A stretch of 64,000 nucleotides of DNA from an uncultured delta proteobacterium (GTDB taxonomy: Bacteria; Myxococcota_A; Polyangia; Polyangiales; Polyangiaceae): positions 32,001-96,000 of the forward strand of contig CAWAIF010000003.1 of NCBI GenBank assembly GCA_963782055.1. Direction: 5' to 3'. The notes under the pieces are model-generated. The model made no database searches. It saw only the letters and a program-made list of their open reading frames with translations, and was not told the DNA's origin. Shown piece after piece: positions 28,408 through 38,265 of the stretch. Both the position numbers and the translations under genes were made by a program. Numbering within the stretch: the stretch's first letter is position 1; each line of letters starts with the position of its first letter.

Positions 28408-29841
28408 ATGCGCTCGACGCCCCCCACCGCACCGGTGCTCTCCGTCAACTCCCTGTCGATGGGCTTCGACGCCTTCGTCGCCCTCGCGGCGGCCATGCAG
28501 TGCGGGCTCGCCAACTCCCGCGCCACGTTCGAGTGCGTGCTCTCCGGTGATGGCGCCTTCGCCGTCATGGCCGGCCTGGAGCCGCTGCTCGACGCGCTGG
28601 AGCGCTTCCGCATGAAGGCCGACGAGATCACCTACCTGCGCGACGCCGGCGCCATCGACGCCAAGCTCGCGCAGCGTCTCGCCGACGCGCGCTTCACCTG
28701 CGACGTCGACGCCGCGCCGGAGGGCTCGGTCGTCTTCCCCGGCGCGCCCGTCATCGTCGTCGACGGGCCCTTCTGGCAGGCGCAGCTCGTGGAGGCGTGG
28801 GTGGTCAGCTCGGTGGACGTCGCCACGCAGGTGGCGTCGCAGATGGCGCGCGCGGTCATCGCGGCCGACGGCGTCGAGGTGCTCGAGGCGGGCACCACCC
28901 ACACCAACCGCCTCGGCGGCAACCCGCTCCTCGCGCGCGCGGCGTTCGTCGGCGGCGCGGGCGCGACCACGCACGCCCTCGCCGGCCGGCGCTACGGCGT
29001 GCCTGTCCGGTCGCGCCAGCCGCGCAACTTCGTCCTCGCGTGCAAGAACGAGCAGGCCGCCTTCGAGGCGTGGCTGAAGGGCGCCGGCGATCAGGCCATC
29101 CTGCGCATCGACTCCCGCCACCCGGGCGCGTCGATCGATCACGCCGTCGCCGCCGCGCGCTCACGCGCCACCGCCTCGTGGAGCGACGCGCCGCTCGCCA
29201 TCGAGGTGGACGCCGGGGAGGTCGTCGACCTCTCCAACATCGCCATCGAGCGCTTCGCCAAGGCGGGGCTGAAGTCGCCCGTCATCGTCGTCGCCGGCGA
29301 CCTGGACCCGCAGCGCATCGACGAGCTGCGGCGCAGCGGCGCGCCCGTGGCCGCCTTCGTCGTGGAGCCCACCGTCGCCCCGCTCCCCCTCGCGCGCTAC
29401 GCCCTCGCGGCCATCGAGGAAGGCGGCCAGTGGTCGCCGCGCATCAACCTGGGCCCGGACCTGCACGCCACCCGCGCCCCCGGCCGCAAGGTGCTGCTGC
29501 GCTACTTCGACGCCGACGGCCACCCGGTGGGCGACGTCTCCCACGCCAACAACGAGCGGCACATGAGCCCCAAGGACGCCAAGCTGGTGGACGAGCGTAC
29601 GGGCTACACCGTGCGACTGGACGATGCGGCCTCCAGCGCACCGGTGCTGCACAAGGTCATGCGGGCGGGCAAGCGCGTGGAGTCCACCGAGCCGGCGCGC
29701 GAGTCGCGCGAGCGGTCCCTTCGGGCGGTGCAAGGTTTGCTGCCCAAGCACAAGCGGCTGGTGGTGCCTGCGCACTACCCCGTGGGGCTGACGACGGGCC
29801 TGGCCCACGCGCGGGACGAGCTGGCAGCGAAGCAGCGGTAG
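28408..29841 (+). CDS. Nicotinate phosphoribosyltransferase (PncB)-like protein with degenerate active site
   Basis: ATFE, AGLE, DAAPEGSVVFPG.P...V.GP..QAQLVE, LARAAFVGG, AGRRYGVP, PGRK.LR give the fold; catalytic motifs are altered. Confidence 0.8.
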   Translation: MRSTPPTAPVLSVNSLSMGFDAFVALAAAMQCGLANSRATFECVLSGDGAFAVMAGLEPLLDALERFRMKADEITYLRDAGAIDAKLAQRLADARFTCDVDAAPEGSVVFPGAPVIVVDGPFWQAQLVEAWVVSSVDVATQVASQMARAVIAADGVEVLEAGTTHTNRLGGNPLLARAAFVGGAGATTHALAGRRYGVPVRSRQPRNFVLACKNEQAAFEAWLKGAGDQAILRIDSRHPGASIDHAVAAARSRATASWSDAPLAIEVDAGEVVDLSNIAIERFAKAGLKSPVIVVAGDLDPQRIDELRRSGAPVAAFVVEPTVAPLPLARYALAAIEEGGQWSPRINLGPDLHATRAPGRKVLLRYFDADGHPVGDVSHANNERHMSPKDAKLVDERTGYTVRLDDAASSAPVLHKVMRAGKRVESTEPARESRERSLRAVQGLLPKHKRLVVPAHYPVGLTTGLAHARDELAAKQR

Positions 29842-29930
29842 GTGGGGCCACGGTGTGCGGCTCAGGGGGGGTTGCCCTCGGGCTCAGCCGCACCTACCCT
29901 GCGATTCCCCTACAAACGAACGAGGAACCC

Positions 29931-30542
29931 ATGGCCTACGAACTTCCCCCCCTCCCGTACCCGTACGACGCCCTCGAGCCGCACATCGACAAGGCGACCC
30001 TGGAGCTTCACCACGACAAGCACCACGCCGGGTACGTCAACGGGCTGAACGGCGCGCTCACCAAGCTGGCCGACGCCCGCAAGAGCGGCGACTTCGCCCT
30101 CGCCCAGCACTTCGAGCGCCTCGTCGCCTTCCACGGCGCGGGCCACCAGAACCACGTGCAGTACTGGGAGAACATGGCGCCCGCGGGCAAGGGCGGCGGC
30201 GGCGAGCCGACCGGCCCCCTCGCCGAGCAGATCAAGCGCGACTTCGGCTCCTTCGAGGCGTTCAAGAAGGAGATGACCGCGGCGACGGTGAGCGTGGAGG
30301 GCTCCGGCTGGGGCCTTCTCGCGTGGGAGCCGATGGGCAAGCGCCTCATCACCCTCTCGCTGATGAACCACCAGAACAGCGCGTTCACCGGGGCGGTGCC
30401 GCTCCTCATCTGCGACGCCTGGGAGCACGCGTACTACCTCAAGTACCAGAACAAGCGCGCGGACTACGTCAACGCGTGGTGGAACGTGGTCAACTGGGAG
30501 AGCGTCGCCAAGCGCTTCGCCGCCGCCACGCACTCGCACTGA
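29931..30542 (+). CDS. sod: Fe/Mn superoxide dismutase
   Basis: LPPLPYPYDALEP, HHDKHH, GH.NH, GSGW, DAWEHAYY; GAGG RBS. Confidence 0.97.
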   Translation: MAYELPPLPYPYDALEPHIDKATLELHHDKHHAGYVNGLNGALTKLADARKSGDFALAQHFERLVAFHGAGHQNHVQYWENMAPAGKGGGGEPTGPLAEQIKRDFGSFEAFKKEMTAATVSVEGSGWGLLAWEPMGKRLITLSLMNHQNSAFTGAVPLLICDAWEHAYYLKYQNKRADYVNAWWNVVNWESVAKRFAAATHSH

Positions 30543-30570
30543 GACACGCGAGCCAGGCTCGCCAAAGCGA

Positions 30571-30603
30571 GAGCCCGCTCCCCGAGAAAGGGGGCGGGCT
30601 CTT
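30571..30603. terminator. Stem-loop terminator between convergent sod and PilZ genes
   Basis: gagcccgctccc-cgagaaa-gggggcgggctc followed by ttc. Confidence 0.65.
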
Positions 30604-30628
30604 CGCGTTCCGGGGGCGGGCGAAGCGC

Positions 30629-30955
30629 CTACTCGCCGGAGGAGGGGCCGCGGCGCGTCAGCAGCTTGTCGATGAGCTCGCGCGAGTACGCCGAGAGCTC
30701 GCGGAAGACGACGCCCATCCCGCTGGGGTCGCGCTCCACGCGCACCACCTCGCCCTCGCCCTCGATGGTCTCGATGTCGTCCATGATGACGGTGAAGCGC
30801 AGGTTCACGCGCGTGCCCACCGGCAACACGCTCTGCGACTTGATGAACACCCCCGTGCGCGAGATGTTCGTCACGTACTCCTGGATGAACGCGTCGAAGG
30901 ACTCGAACTCCTTGTTGATCGTGACGCGCTCGTCCTCGCGCTTCGGGTCGCTCAT
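30629..30955 (-). CDS. PilZ-domain protein (myxobacterial TIGR02266-like)
   Basis: KREDER, NISRTGVFI, GEVVR, GMGVVF. Confidence 0.88.
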   Translation of the reverse strand: MSDPKREDERVTINKEFESFDAFIQEYVTNISRTGVFIKSQSVLPVGTRVNLRFTVIMDDIETIEGEGEVVRVERDPSGMGVVFRELSAYSRELIDKLLTRRGPSSGE

Positions 30956-30957
30956 GA

Positions 30958-31707
30958 TCAGAAGGTGTACCGCAGGCCCAGGGTGGCGTCCCACGCGAGC
31001 GGCAGGTCGCTCCCCACGACCCGGGCGAAGTTGGTGAGGTAGCGCGCGCCCCCCGAGAGGGCCAGCGCCATGTGGCGGTCGATCTGGTACCACTCCAGCC
31101 CGAGGCGGCCGCCCGCCCAGAAGCCGACGCTCTCCGCGTTGTGGTAGCCGTAGTTGGTGAGCACGTTGGACTTCACGTACGCCGTCGCCCCGCCGGCGCC
31201 GCCCTGCAGGTACATGGCGACCCGATCGGTGAAGTGGACCGTGAAGCGCGCGCCGCCGCCGAAGCCCAGGATGGGGATGCCGCGGTTCTGCGAGGGGCCG
31301 ACGCTCTCCACCGTGTCGGTGTAGGCCAGCTCGCCCTCGCCGTAGAGCATCAGCCACTTGAAGAGCTCGTAGCCGAGCTGCGTGTGCATCCAGAAGGCGG
31401 GGTGGCCGGTGAGGCCGCCGAACTTGCCGGCGAAGCCGAGGACGCCCAGATCCTGCTGCAGCACCACGCCCTTGTGCCGCGGCGGGGGTGGGGGGGCCTC
31501 CGGCGGGGGCGCGGGCAGCGTGGATTCGTCCTTCTTCGTCGGGGTGATGGCCGACTGCGCCTGCTCCAGGGTGATCGTCTGCGAGGCGTCGCCCCCCGCC
31601 GCGGTGTCCGGCGCATCCGCTGCGCGTGCGACGGCAGGCGCCAGCGTCGCGGCGGCGAGCGCGGCGCAGCCCAGGAGGCCGGCGGGGAAGGGCGGACGGA
31701 GGCGGAT
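30958..31707 (-). CDS. Outer-membrane beta-barrel protein (CglE-like); probable non-canonical ATC start
   Basis: Signal peptide ending AVARA, Pro linker, amphipathic strands, terminal LRYTF. Confidence 0.75.
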   Translation of the reverse strand: MRLRPPFPAGLLGCAALAAATLAPAVARAADAPDTAAGGDASQTITLEQAQSAITPTKKDESTLPAPPPEAPPPPPRHKGVVLQQDLGVLGFAGKFGGLTGHPAFWMHTQLGYELFKWLMLYGEGELAYTDTVESVGPSQNRGIPILGFGGGARFTVHFTDRVAMYLQGGAGGATAYVKSNVLTNYGYHNAESVGFWAGGRLGLEWYQIDRHMALALSGGARYLTNFARVVGSDLPLAWDATLGLRYTF

Positions 31708-31829
31708 GACCGCACGATAGACGAAATGCGCCTCCCCTCGCCAGCCCCGACGGCAACCGTTTGCAGGCGAACGATCGCCCCACCCCTCGATGTTTTGCCC
31801 TGCCCGGGGACCTCGCTTACCTTCGGGCC

Positions 31830-32495
31830 ATGAGAACTCCTCTGACAAACGGGGTCGTCGGGATCGGCGCCGCATGCGCCGCGCTCCTTTCGCTCGCCGC
31901 CCACGACGCCCGCGCCCAGGGCGCCGCCGCCACGCCGGCCCCCGCGGTCATGCCGCCCACGTCGTTCGCGCGCTTCGGCGACGCCCACGAGCTGGTCATC
32001 CGCAACGACGCCAACATCGACTTCGACTTCCGCTCCGACACGCTGAGCAACGCCAACTTCAACCCGGTCTTCCAGATCCAGCCGGCCGCCGACTTCTTCG
32101 TCATCGACAACCTGAGCCTCGGCGGGCTGGTGGACTTCACGGTGTTCGACACCAGCGTCAACCTGGGCCCTCTGGGGACGGTGTCCGCCACCAGCGTGGT
32201 GCTCTCCTTCCTGTTTCGTGCAGGATACAACGTCCCGCTGGGCGACCACTTCTCCCTCTGGCCGCAGCTCGGCATCGGCGCCGGGTTCATCACCACCAAC
32301 AACAACGGCGGCACCTACGGCCTCGTCCCGCTGGACCTCTACGTGCCCCTGATGGCGCACCCCGCGCAGCACTTCACGCTGGGCCTGGGGCCCGGGCTGC
32401 ACTTCAACTCCCTGACCAACAACGACATCGCCGGCCTGGGCATCGGCGCCGCGCGCATCGACGTCCTGCGCTTCACCATCGGCGGCTGGCTGTAA
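31830..32495 (+). CDS. Outer-membrane beta-barrel protein
   Basis: Signal peptide ending ARA; DFFVIDNLSLGG, RAGYNVPL, HFTLGLGP, FTIGGWL end. Confidence 0.8.
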   Translation: MRTPLTNGVVGIGAACAALLSLAAHDARAQGAAATPAPAVMPPTSFARFGDAHELVIRNDANIDFDFRSDTLSNANFNPVFQIQPAADFFVIDNLSLGGLVDFTVFDTSVNLGPLGTVSATSVVLSFLFRAGYNVPLGDHFSLWPQLGIGAGFITTNNNGGTYGLVPLDLYVPLMAHPAQHFTLGLGPGLHFNSLTNNDIAGLGIGAARIDVLRFTIGGWL

Positions 32496-32519
32496 GCCGC
32501 CGGCGCCCGGCGCCGGGCG

Positions 32520-33284
32520 CTACTTCAGCAGCCAGCCGAAGAGCATGTGCCTGGTCGCCTGGCGAGAGACGATCGCGATGGAGTCCACCAGCGGGATCTC
32601 CTTCGGGCAGACCTCCACGCAGTTCTGCGCCTTGCCGCATCCGGCGACGCCGTCCTCGTCCATCAGCGTCTCCAGACGCGCGCCGGCGTGCATGCGGCCG
32701 CTCGGGTGCATGTTGAACAGCCGCACCTGGCTGATGGCGGCCGGGCCGATGAAGCCGGAGGAGTCGTTGACCTGCGGGCACGCCTCCAGGCAGCAGCCGC
32801 ACGTCATGCAGCGGGAGAGCGGGTACATCTCCTCCTGCTCCTCCCGGCTCTGACGCGGCCCGGGCCCCAGCGCGTGGATGCCGTCCAGGTCGACCCACGC
32901 CTTCACCTTCTTGAGCGAATCGAACATGCGGGAGCGGTCCACGACCAGATCGCGCACCAGCGGGAACTTGGTCATCGGCGCGAGGGTGACCGGCTTGCCC
33001 TCCGGGCTGATGACGTCGATGAGGGCGGTGCAGGCCTGCCGCACCTTGCCGCCTACCAGCATGGTGCAGGCGCCGCACACCTCCTCCAGGCAGCTCGACT
33101 CCCACACCACCGGCGCCACGTCCTTGCCGTCCACGGTCCGCGGGCTCTTGCGGATCTCCATCAGCGCGCTGATGACGTTCATCTGCGGGTGCCAGGGGAC
33201 GTCGAACTCCTCCCAGCGGCGCGTGTCCGGCTTGTTCGGGCTGTCCTGGCGGAGGATCTTGAAGCGGATGACTTTCTCGGCCAT
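32520..33284 (-). CDS. sdhB: Succinate dehydrogenase Fe-S subunit
   Basis: SCLEEVCGAC, CMTCGCCLEACP, CGKAQNCVEVCP. Confidence 0.97.
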   Translation of the reverse strand: MAEKVIRFKILRQDSPNKPDTRRWEEFDVPWHPQMNVISALMEIRKSPRTVDGKDVAPVVWESSCLEEVCGACTMLVGGKVRQACTALIDVISPEGKPVTLAPMTKFPLVRDLVVDRSRMFDSLKKVKAWVDLDGIHALGPGPRQSREEQEEMYPLSRCMTCGCCLEACPQVNDSSGFIGPAAISQVRLFNMHPSGRMHAGARLETLMDEDGVAGCGKAQNCVEVCPKEIPLVDSIAIVSRQATRHMLFGWLLK

Positions 33285-33293
33285 GGCGTTCTC

Positions 33294-35336
33294 TCAGGTG
33301 CTGGTGGTGGCGGGCTTCTCGGTCCTGGCGGCGGCCTTGCCGCTCGTGGCGGTGGCGCTCGCGGCGCCGGCCGTCTCGTACTTGCGGGGGCGCGGCTTGA
33401 CCAGCGAGACGTCCACCTCGTCGGTGACGTGGATGGGCTCGCCCAGCATGGAGTAGTCGAAGTCCCGCACGTACTTGATGCGGTGGTTGGCCTTCTCGCC
33501 GCCGTCCTCGTGGAAGGCGAGGGTGGTGCGCAGCCACTCGGCGTCGTTGCGCTCCGGGAAGGCCGGCTTGTAGTGCGCGCCGCGTGACTCGTCGCGGTTG
33601 CGCGCGCCCTGCGCGACGACGCGCGCGAGCACCAGCATGTTGAAGAGGTGCCGCACGAACTGGGCGCTCGCGTTGGAGCGGGTGCTCCTGTCCAGCACGT
33701 TGCACTTGCGCGCGCGGTCCTCCAGCTCGTCGATCCGGGCGAGCACCGCGTCCAGCTTGGCGTTGTCGCGCTCGATGGTCACGTCGCGCAGCATCATCTC
33801 GCCGAGCTCGTGGTGGATGACGAAGGGGTTCTCCTCGCCGTCCATCTTGAGGATCTTCTCGTACTTCTTCGTCTCGCGCTTCTGCGCCTTGTCGAAGACG
33901 GAGCTCGGCAGGTCGAAGCTGCTCTTGCTCATCCCGGTGCGGTACGACGCCATCGCCGGGCCGGTGACGAGGCCGCCGTAGATGCAGGAGAGCAGGGAGT
34001 TGGCGCCCAGGCGGTTGGCGCCGTGGTACTGGTAGTCCGCCTCGCCGGCGACGTAGAGGCCGGGGATGCTGGTGGCCTGGTTGCGGGGCGAGTCCTTCAC
34101 CAGGCCGCCGTCGGCCGCGCGCTCGAAGTCCGCCCAGAGGCCGCCCATCGAGTAGTGCACCGCGGGGAAGACGCGCATCGGGTTCTCGTAAGGGTCCTCG
34201 CCGACGAACTTCTCGTAGATCTCCAGGATGCCGGCGAGCTTGCGGCGCAGCACGTCCTTGGGGATGTGCGTGAGGTCGAGGTAGACCTCCTTCTCGTTGC
34301 GCTGGCTCTTGGTGTTGTAGACGCCGCGCTTCTCGTGGAAGCACTTCTTGAAGAGCTCGCGGCTGGCGATGTCGCGCGGGACGAGGTTGCCGTAGCCGGG
34401 GTAGCGCTCCTCCAGGAAGTACTCGCGGTCAGCCTCCGGCACGTCGCGGCCGGGGCGCTTCTCCTTGGCGTCGCGCGGGACCCACACGCGCCCGCCCTCG
34501 CCGCGCGCGCTCTCCGAGATGAGGCGGAGCTTGTCGGCGCCGGGGATGGCCGTCGGGTGGACCTGGATGCACTCGCCGTTGGCGTAGCACGCGCCCTGCT
34601 GGTACGCGGTGGCCGCCGCGGTGCCGGTGTTGATCACGCTGTTGGTGGAGCGGCCGAAGATGATGCCGGGTCCGCCCGTCGCCAGGCACACCGCGTCGCC
34701 GGGGAAGGCCTCCATCTTCATCGACTTGAGGTCCTGCGCGACGATGCCGCGGCAGGTGCCCTCCTCGTCCAGGACGAGAGAGACGAAGTCCCAGAACTCG
34801 TGCTTGCGCACCATCTTCTCGCCGCGGATGGCGGAGCCGGTCTCGTCCTCCACGTCCACCGTCTCGTAGCGGCGCACCTGCTCGTCCAGGGCGTAGAGGA
34901 GCTGCTGACCCGTCGTCGCGCCGGCGAAGGCCGTGCGGTGGTAGAGGGTGCCGCCGAAGAGGCGGAAGTCGAGCAGGCCCTCCGGCGTGCGGTTGAAGGG
35001 CACGCCCATGCGGTCGAGCATGTAGACGATGCCCGGCGCGGCGTCGGCCATGCCCTTGACCGGCGGCTGGTTGGCGAGAAAGTCGCCGCCGTAGACCGTC
35101 TCCTCCAGGTGGATCTGCGGGGAGTCGCCCTCGCCCTTGGTGTTGACGCTGGCGTTGATGCCGCCCTGCGCGCACACCGAGTGCGAGCGCTTCACCGGGA
35201 CGAGCGAGAAGAGATCCACCGGGACGCCGGCCTCGCACAGCTTCAAGGTGGTGCTGAGCCCGGCGAGGCCGCCGCCGACGACGATCACCCTGCGGACCTT
35301 GCCGCCCTCGCTCTTGGTTCGGGTCTTCTTGGCCAT
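33294..35336 (-). CDS. sdhA: Succinate dehydrogenase flavoprotein subunit
   Basis: GGGLAG, RSHSVCAQGG, QVHPT, SESARGEGG, HYSMGG, HGANRLGANSL. Confidence 0.97.
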   Translation of the reverse strand: MAKKTRTKSEGGKVRRVIVVGGGLAGLSTTLKLCEAGVPVDLFSLVPVKRSHSVCAQGGINASVNTKGEGDSPQIHLEETVYGGDFLANQPPVKGMADAAPGIVYMLDRMGVPFNRTPEGLLDFRLFGGTLYHRTAFAGATTGQQLLYALDEQVRRYETVDVEDETGSAIRGEKMVRKHEFWDFVSLVLDEEGTCRGIVAQDLKSMKMEAFPGDAVCLATGGPGIIFGRSTNSVINTGTAAATAYQQGACYANGECIQVHPTAIPGADKLRLISESARGEGGRVWVPRDAKEKRPGRDVPEADREYFLEERYPGYGNLVPRDIASRELFKKCFHEKRGVYNTKSQRNEKEVYLDLTHIPKDVLRRKLAGILEIYEKFVGEDPYENPMRVFPAVHYSMGGLWADFERAADGGLVKDSPRNQATSIPGLYVAGEADYQYHGANRLGANSLLSCIYGGLVTGPAMASYRTGMSKSSFDLPSSVFDKAQKRETKKYEKILKMDGEENPFVIHHELGEMMLRDVTIERDNAKLDAVLARIDELEDRARKCNVLDRSTRSNASAQFVRHLFNMLVLARVVAQGARNRDESRGAHYKPAFPERNDAEWLRTTLAFHEDGGEKANHRIKYVRDFDYSMLGEPIHVTDEVDVSLVKPRPRKYETAGAASATATSGKAAARTEKPATTST

Positions 35337-35368
35337 CCGATGCTCCTGTGCTCCCGGTGACGCCTACC

Positions 35369-36088
35369 TCATCTGGAGGTGGGGTTGCACGCCGGGTCGG
35401 CCGTCTCCGACGGCGCGGGCAGAAGGAAGCGCGACCCGGTGGCGAAGTAAAGGACCGTGCTGGTGCCCATCAGGAAAAGGACCGCCCCGAGCGCAGCCGA
35501 CGCGTAGCCCAGACGCTTGCGGGTGAGGCCGTCCGGGGCGAAGCCCCAGGTGGTGCCGAAGTCGAAGAGGCCGTTGGCGAAGTGGAAGACGGTGGACGCG
35601 AGGCCGAGGAGGTAGCCGCACGCGATCCACGGGAAGCCCCAGCGCGTGGAGGAGAGGTGCATCTCCAGCACGGTGTGGAAGCTCTGCGGCGACATCCCGA
35701 ACAGCCACTGGTGGATGCGGAATTCGTAGAGGTGAAACGCCACGAAGACGAGGGTGAATGCGCCCGTCACCCGCTGCATGAGGTAGAGGCGGCCCGCCGT
35801 GGTCCGGGGCTGGAGCGCGGGCCTGCCCGCGATCGCCAGCTTGATGCCCCACCCCGCGTGGAAGGCGAGCGGCAGGTAGATGAGCAGCACCTCCACCACC
35901 GGCAGGGCGGGCGTGTGCTGCAGCATGTCCACGGCGCGGTCGAAGGCGGCGCGCCCGCGCAGCGCCGACGCGTTGGTGCCGAGGTGCAGCAGCAGGAAGA
36001 GGCCGAGGGGCACGACGCCGGCCAGCGACTGGAGCTTGCGGAGCTGCTGCGCGCGGGAGGGAGACACGTGCCGAGCAATGTAGAACAC
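35369..36088 (-). CDS. sdhC: Succinate dehydrogenase cytochrome b558 (Bacillus type)
   Basis: SLAGVVPLG.FL..HL..N, PL.FH, QRVTG, FHL, FHFANGL; start may be GTG 36067. Confidence 0.88.
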   Translation of the reverse strand: MFYIARHVSPSRAQQLRKLQSLAGVVPLGLFLLLHLGTNASALRGRAAFDRAVDMLQHTPALPVVEVLLIYLPLAFHAGWGIKLAIAGRPALQPRTTAGRLYLMQRVTGAFTLVFVAFHLYEFRIHQWLFGMSPQSFHTVLEMHLSSTRWGFPWIACGYLLGLASTVFHFANGLFDFGTTWGFAPDGLTRKRLGYASAALGAVLFLMGTSTVLYFATGSRFLLPAPSETADPACNPTSR

Positions 36089-36121
36089 TTCGCCGGGATG
36101 ACCGCGTGCTACCGTCGCCTG

Positions 36122-38008
36122 GTGAGCTCGTCGCGCGCGGCACGGCGCCTCGTGGGGGCCTCATCGCCGGGGCTCCTCCTCGTGCCCCTGTTGCTGGGGG
36201 CGTGCGCCGGCCCGCGCGTCGGCGAGACGGCCGTCCCGACGCTGGCCTCCAGCACCGACTCGGCCACGGCGTGGGCAGACATCCGCGACTCCTTCGCCCA
36301 CGACAGGCAGAGCGGCGCCGCCGGGGCGCTGCGCCTGCGCATCCAGCGCTTCCTCGTCCGCTTCCCGCACGACGAGCTCGCCCCGCTGGCGCACATCTAC
36401 CTCGCCAACCTGATGATCGACGCGGGCGACGTGCGCTCGGCCACGCCGGAGATGGACGCCATCGGCACGCTGCCGCCGGGCAACGCCCACGACTTCCAGG
36501 TCGCCACGCGCGCGCGCCTGCTGCGCCTGGCCGGGCAGCCCGGCGACGCCATGGCGATGCTCAGCCCGCTGGTGGGCAAGGTGGTGGACCCTGCGCTGCG
36601 CGGGCTGGTGCTGGAGGAGCTCACGCTGGCCGCCGTCCAGGCGAAGCGCGACTACGAGGCGGTCGCGTACATGGACGCGTGGCTGCGCTCGGCGCCGGAG
36701 CAGGACAAGGACGCGATTCGCAAGGAGCTCGCCGCCGAGCTGGCGCGCATGTCGCCGGTGGCGCTGGAGGGCTCGCTGCGCGCCATCGTCAGCGGCGAGG
36801 GCGGCGGCTACTCGGCGGAGCTGGGGCGTCTGCTCGCGCAGCGCGTGGCGCAGCAGGCGATCGACGCGCAGGACAGCAAGCTCGCGCAGTGGCTGCTCGG
36901 CTCCAGCTTCGGGGCCAGCCTGGCCACCAGCAAGACGGGCCAGGACCTCCGGGACCTCGCCACCAGCCTGCGCGGCGTGAGCACGGTGGCCGGCCGGACG
37001 ATCGGCCTGGTGCTCCCGACAGCCAACGCCGACCTGCGCTACGCCGCGGCGGACGCGGCGCGCGGCGTGGCTTTCGCCCTGAACCTGCCGCGCGCGACGC
37101 CGGACCCGGGCGCACCCCGGCTGGTCACGCGCGGCGACAGCGGCGGCAAGGACGGGCTGGAGATCGCGCTGGAAGAGCTCGCGGGCGCGGGCGCGGCGGT
37201 GATCCTCGCCGGCTTCGGCGGCGACGAGCCGGACCGCGCGCGACACTGGAGCGAGGCCAGCGGCGTGCCGGTCATCATCCTGGGCGTGCCGAAGGACAAG
37301 CCCATTCGCTTCTCCTTCGTGGCGGGGGAGCCGCCCGACGCGAGCATCGCCCTCTTGCTCGGCGAGCTGGCGTCGCGGGCGTCGCGCAGGGGCGCGGCGG
37401 GACCGCTGAAGGTGGCGACCGCGGTGGGGGCGATCGCGCGCGACGCGCTCGCCGCGGCGAAGACCCCGCTCACCCTGCTCCCGCCCGTCTCCTGCGAGCC
37501 CCCGCTCTCGAGCGCCCGCTTTCCGACGGCGAGCTGGTCGCACGACCACGTGCGCGACTTCCTCGCCGCCGGTCCGGAGGCGTGCACGCGCGCGCTCTCG
37601 CGGGCGCTGCCCGCGGGCGACGTGACGCTGGCGCTCACGCTGGAGGCCTCCGGTGGCGTGGACGTGTCGACCGCCAGCATGCACGTGCTCACCATCGGGG
37701 CGGGAGCGCTGCCCGCGATCCCGAAGAAGATGGACCCGCGTATCCTCACGTACAGCAAGCAGCTCGGCGACGAGCCGACCTGGTGGACGGCGATCGGCCA
37801 CGACGCGGCGGTGCTCGCCGCCGCCGCCGTCGCCCCCCTCCCGACCGACAAGGCGGAGAGCGCGACGGAGGTCACCAGGCGGCGAGAGATCGCCCGGCAG
37901 GGTCTGGTGGCCGCCAAGGCCTCCCTCTGGACCACCGACGCCCAGGCCTTCGGCGACGACCACCTCCTGCCCCGCACCCTCACCGTGGTCGAGCTGCCCC
38001 GACGCTGA
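36122..38008 (+). CDS. Lipoprotein with TPR-like N-domain and periplasmic-binding-protein-like C-domain (LpoA/LppC-like)
   Basis: GTG start; lipobox LGAC; FLVRFP TPR-like region; TIGLVLP and GHDA motifs. Confidence 0.7.
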   Translation: MSSSRAARRLVGASSPGLLLVPLLLGACAGPRVGETAVPTLASSTDSATAWADIRDSFAHDRQSGAAGALRLRIQRFLVRFPHDELAPLAHIYLANLMIDAGDVRSATPEMDAIGTLPPGNAHDFQVATRARLLRLAGQPGDAMAMLSPLVGKVVDPALRGLVLEELTLAAVQAKRDYEAVAYMDAWLRSAPEQDKDAIRKELAAELARMSPVALEGSLRAIVSGEGGGYSAELGRLLAQRVAQQAIDAQDSKLAQWLLGSSFGASLATSKTGQDLRDLATSLRGVSTVAGRTIGLVLPTANADLRYAAADAARGVAFALNLPRATPDPGAPRLVTRGDSGGKDGLEIALEELAGAGAAVILAGFGGDEPDRARHWSEASGVPVIILGVPKDKPIRFSFVAGEPPDASIALLLGELASRASRRGAAGPLKVATAVGAIARDALAAAKTPLTLLPPVSCEPPLSSARFPTASWSHDHVRDFLAAGPEACTRALSRALPAGDVTLALTLEASGGVDVSTASMHVLTIGAGALPAIPKKMDPRILTYSKQLGDEPTWWTAIGHDAAVLAAAAVAPLPTDKAESATEVTRRREIARQGLVAAKASLWTTDAQAFGDDHLLPRTLTVVELPRR

Positions 38009-38041
38009 CCGGTGGGGGGTGCATCCCCATGAAATCCGGGC

Positions 38042-38064
38042 GAAACGTCGGATTGCTAGCATGC
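38042..38064. repeat. Second copy of the 23-bp motif gaaacgtcggattgctagcatgc
   Basis: Identical to 24275-24297; intergenic. Confidence 0.85.
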
Positions 38065-38265
38065 GCACAATGGGCACGCTCCCGCTCCGCGTAGGAGTGA
38101 CGCGGGGGGGGGCCGCAAGCCGAGCGGTCGGACGGTGCGACGCCCAGCCCGAGCGGCGCCGGCCGCGCGATCGTTCGCCTGCTCGCGATCCGACGGAGGG
38201 GCGCATGGGCGGAGGGCATGCCCCCCGAAGTTGCCCGGCCCTGCCGCCGGCCATAGCTTCCCACC

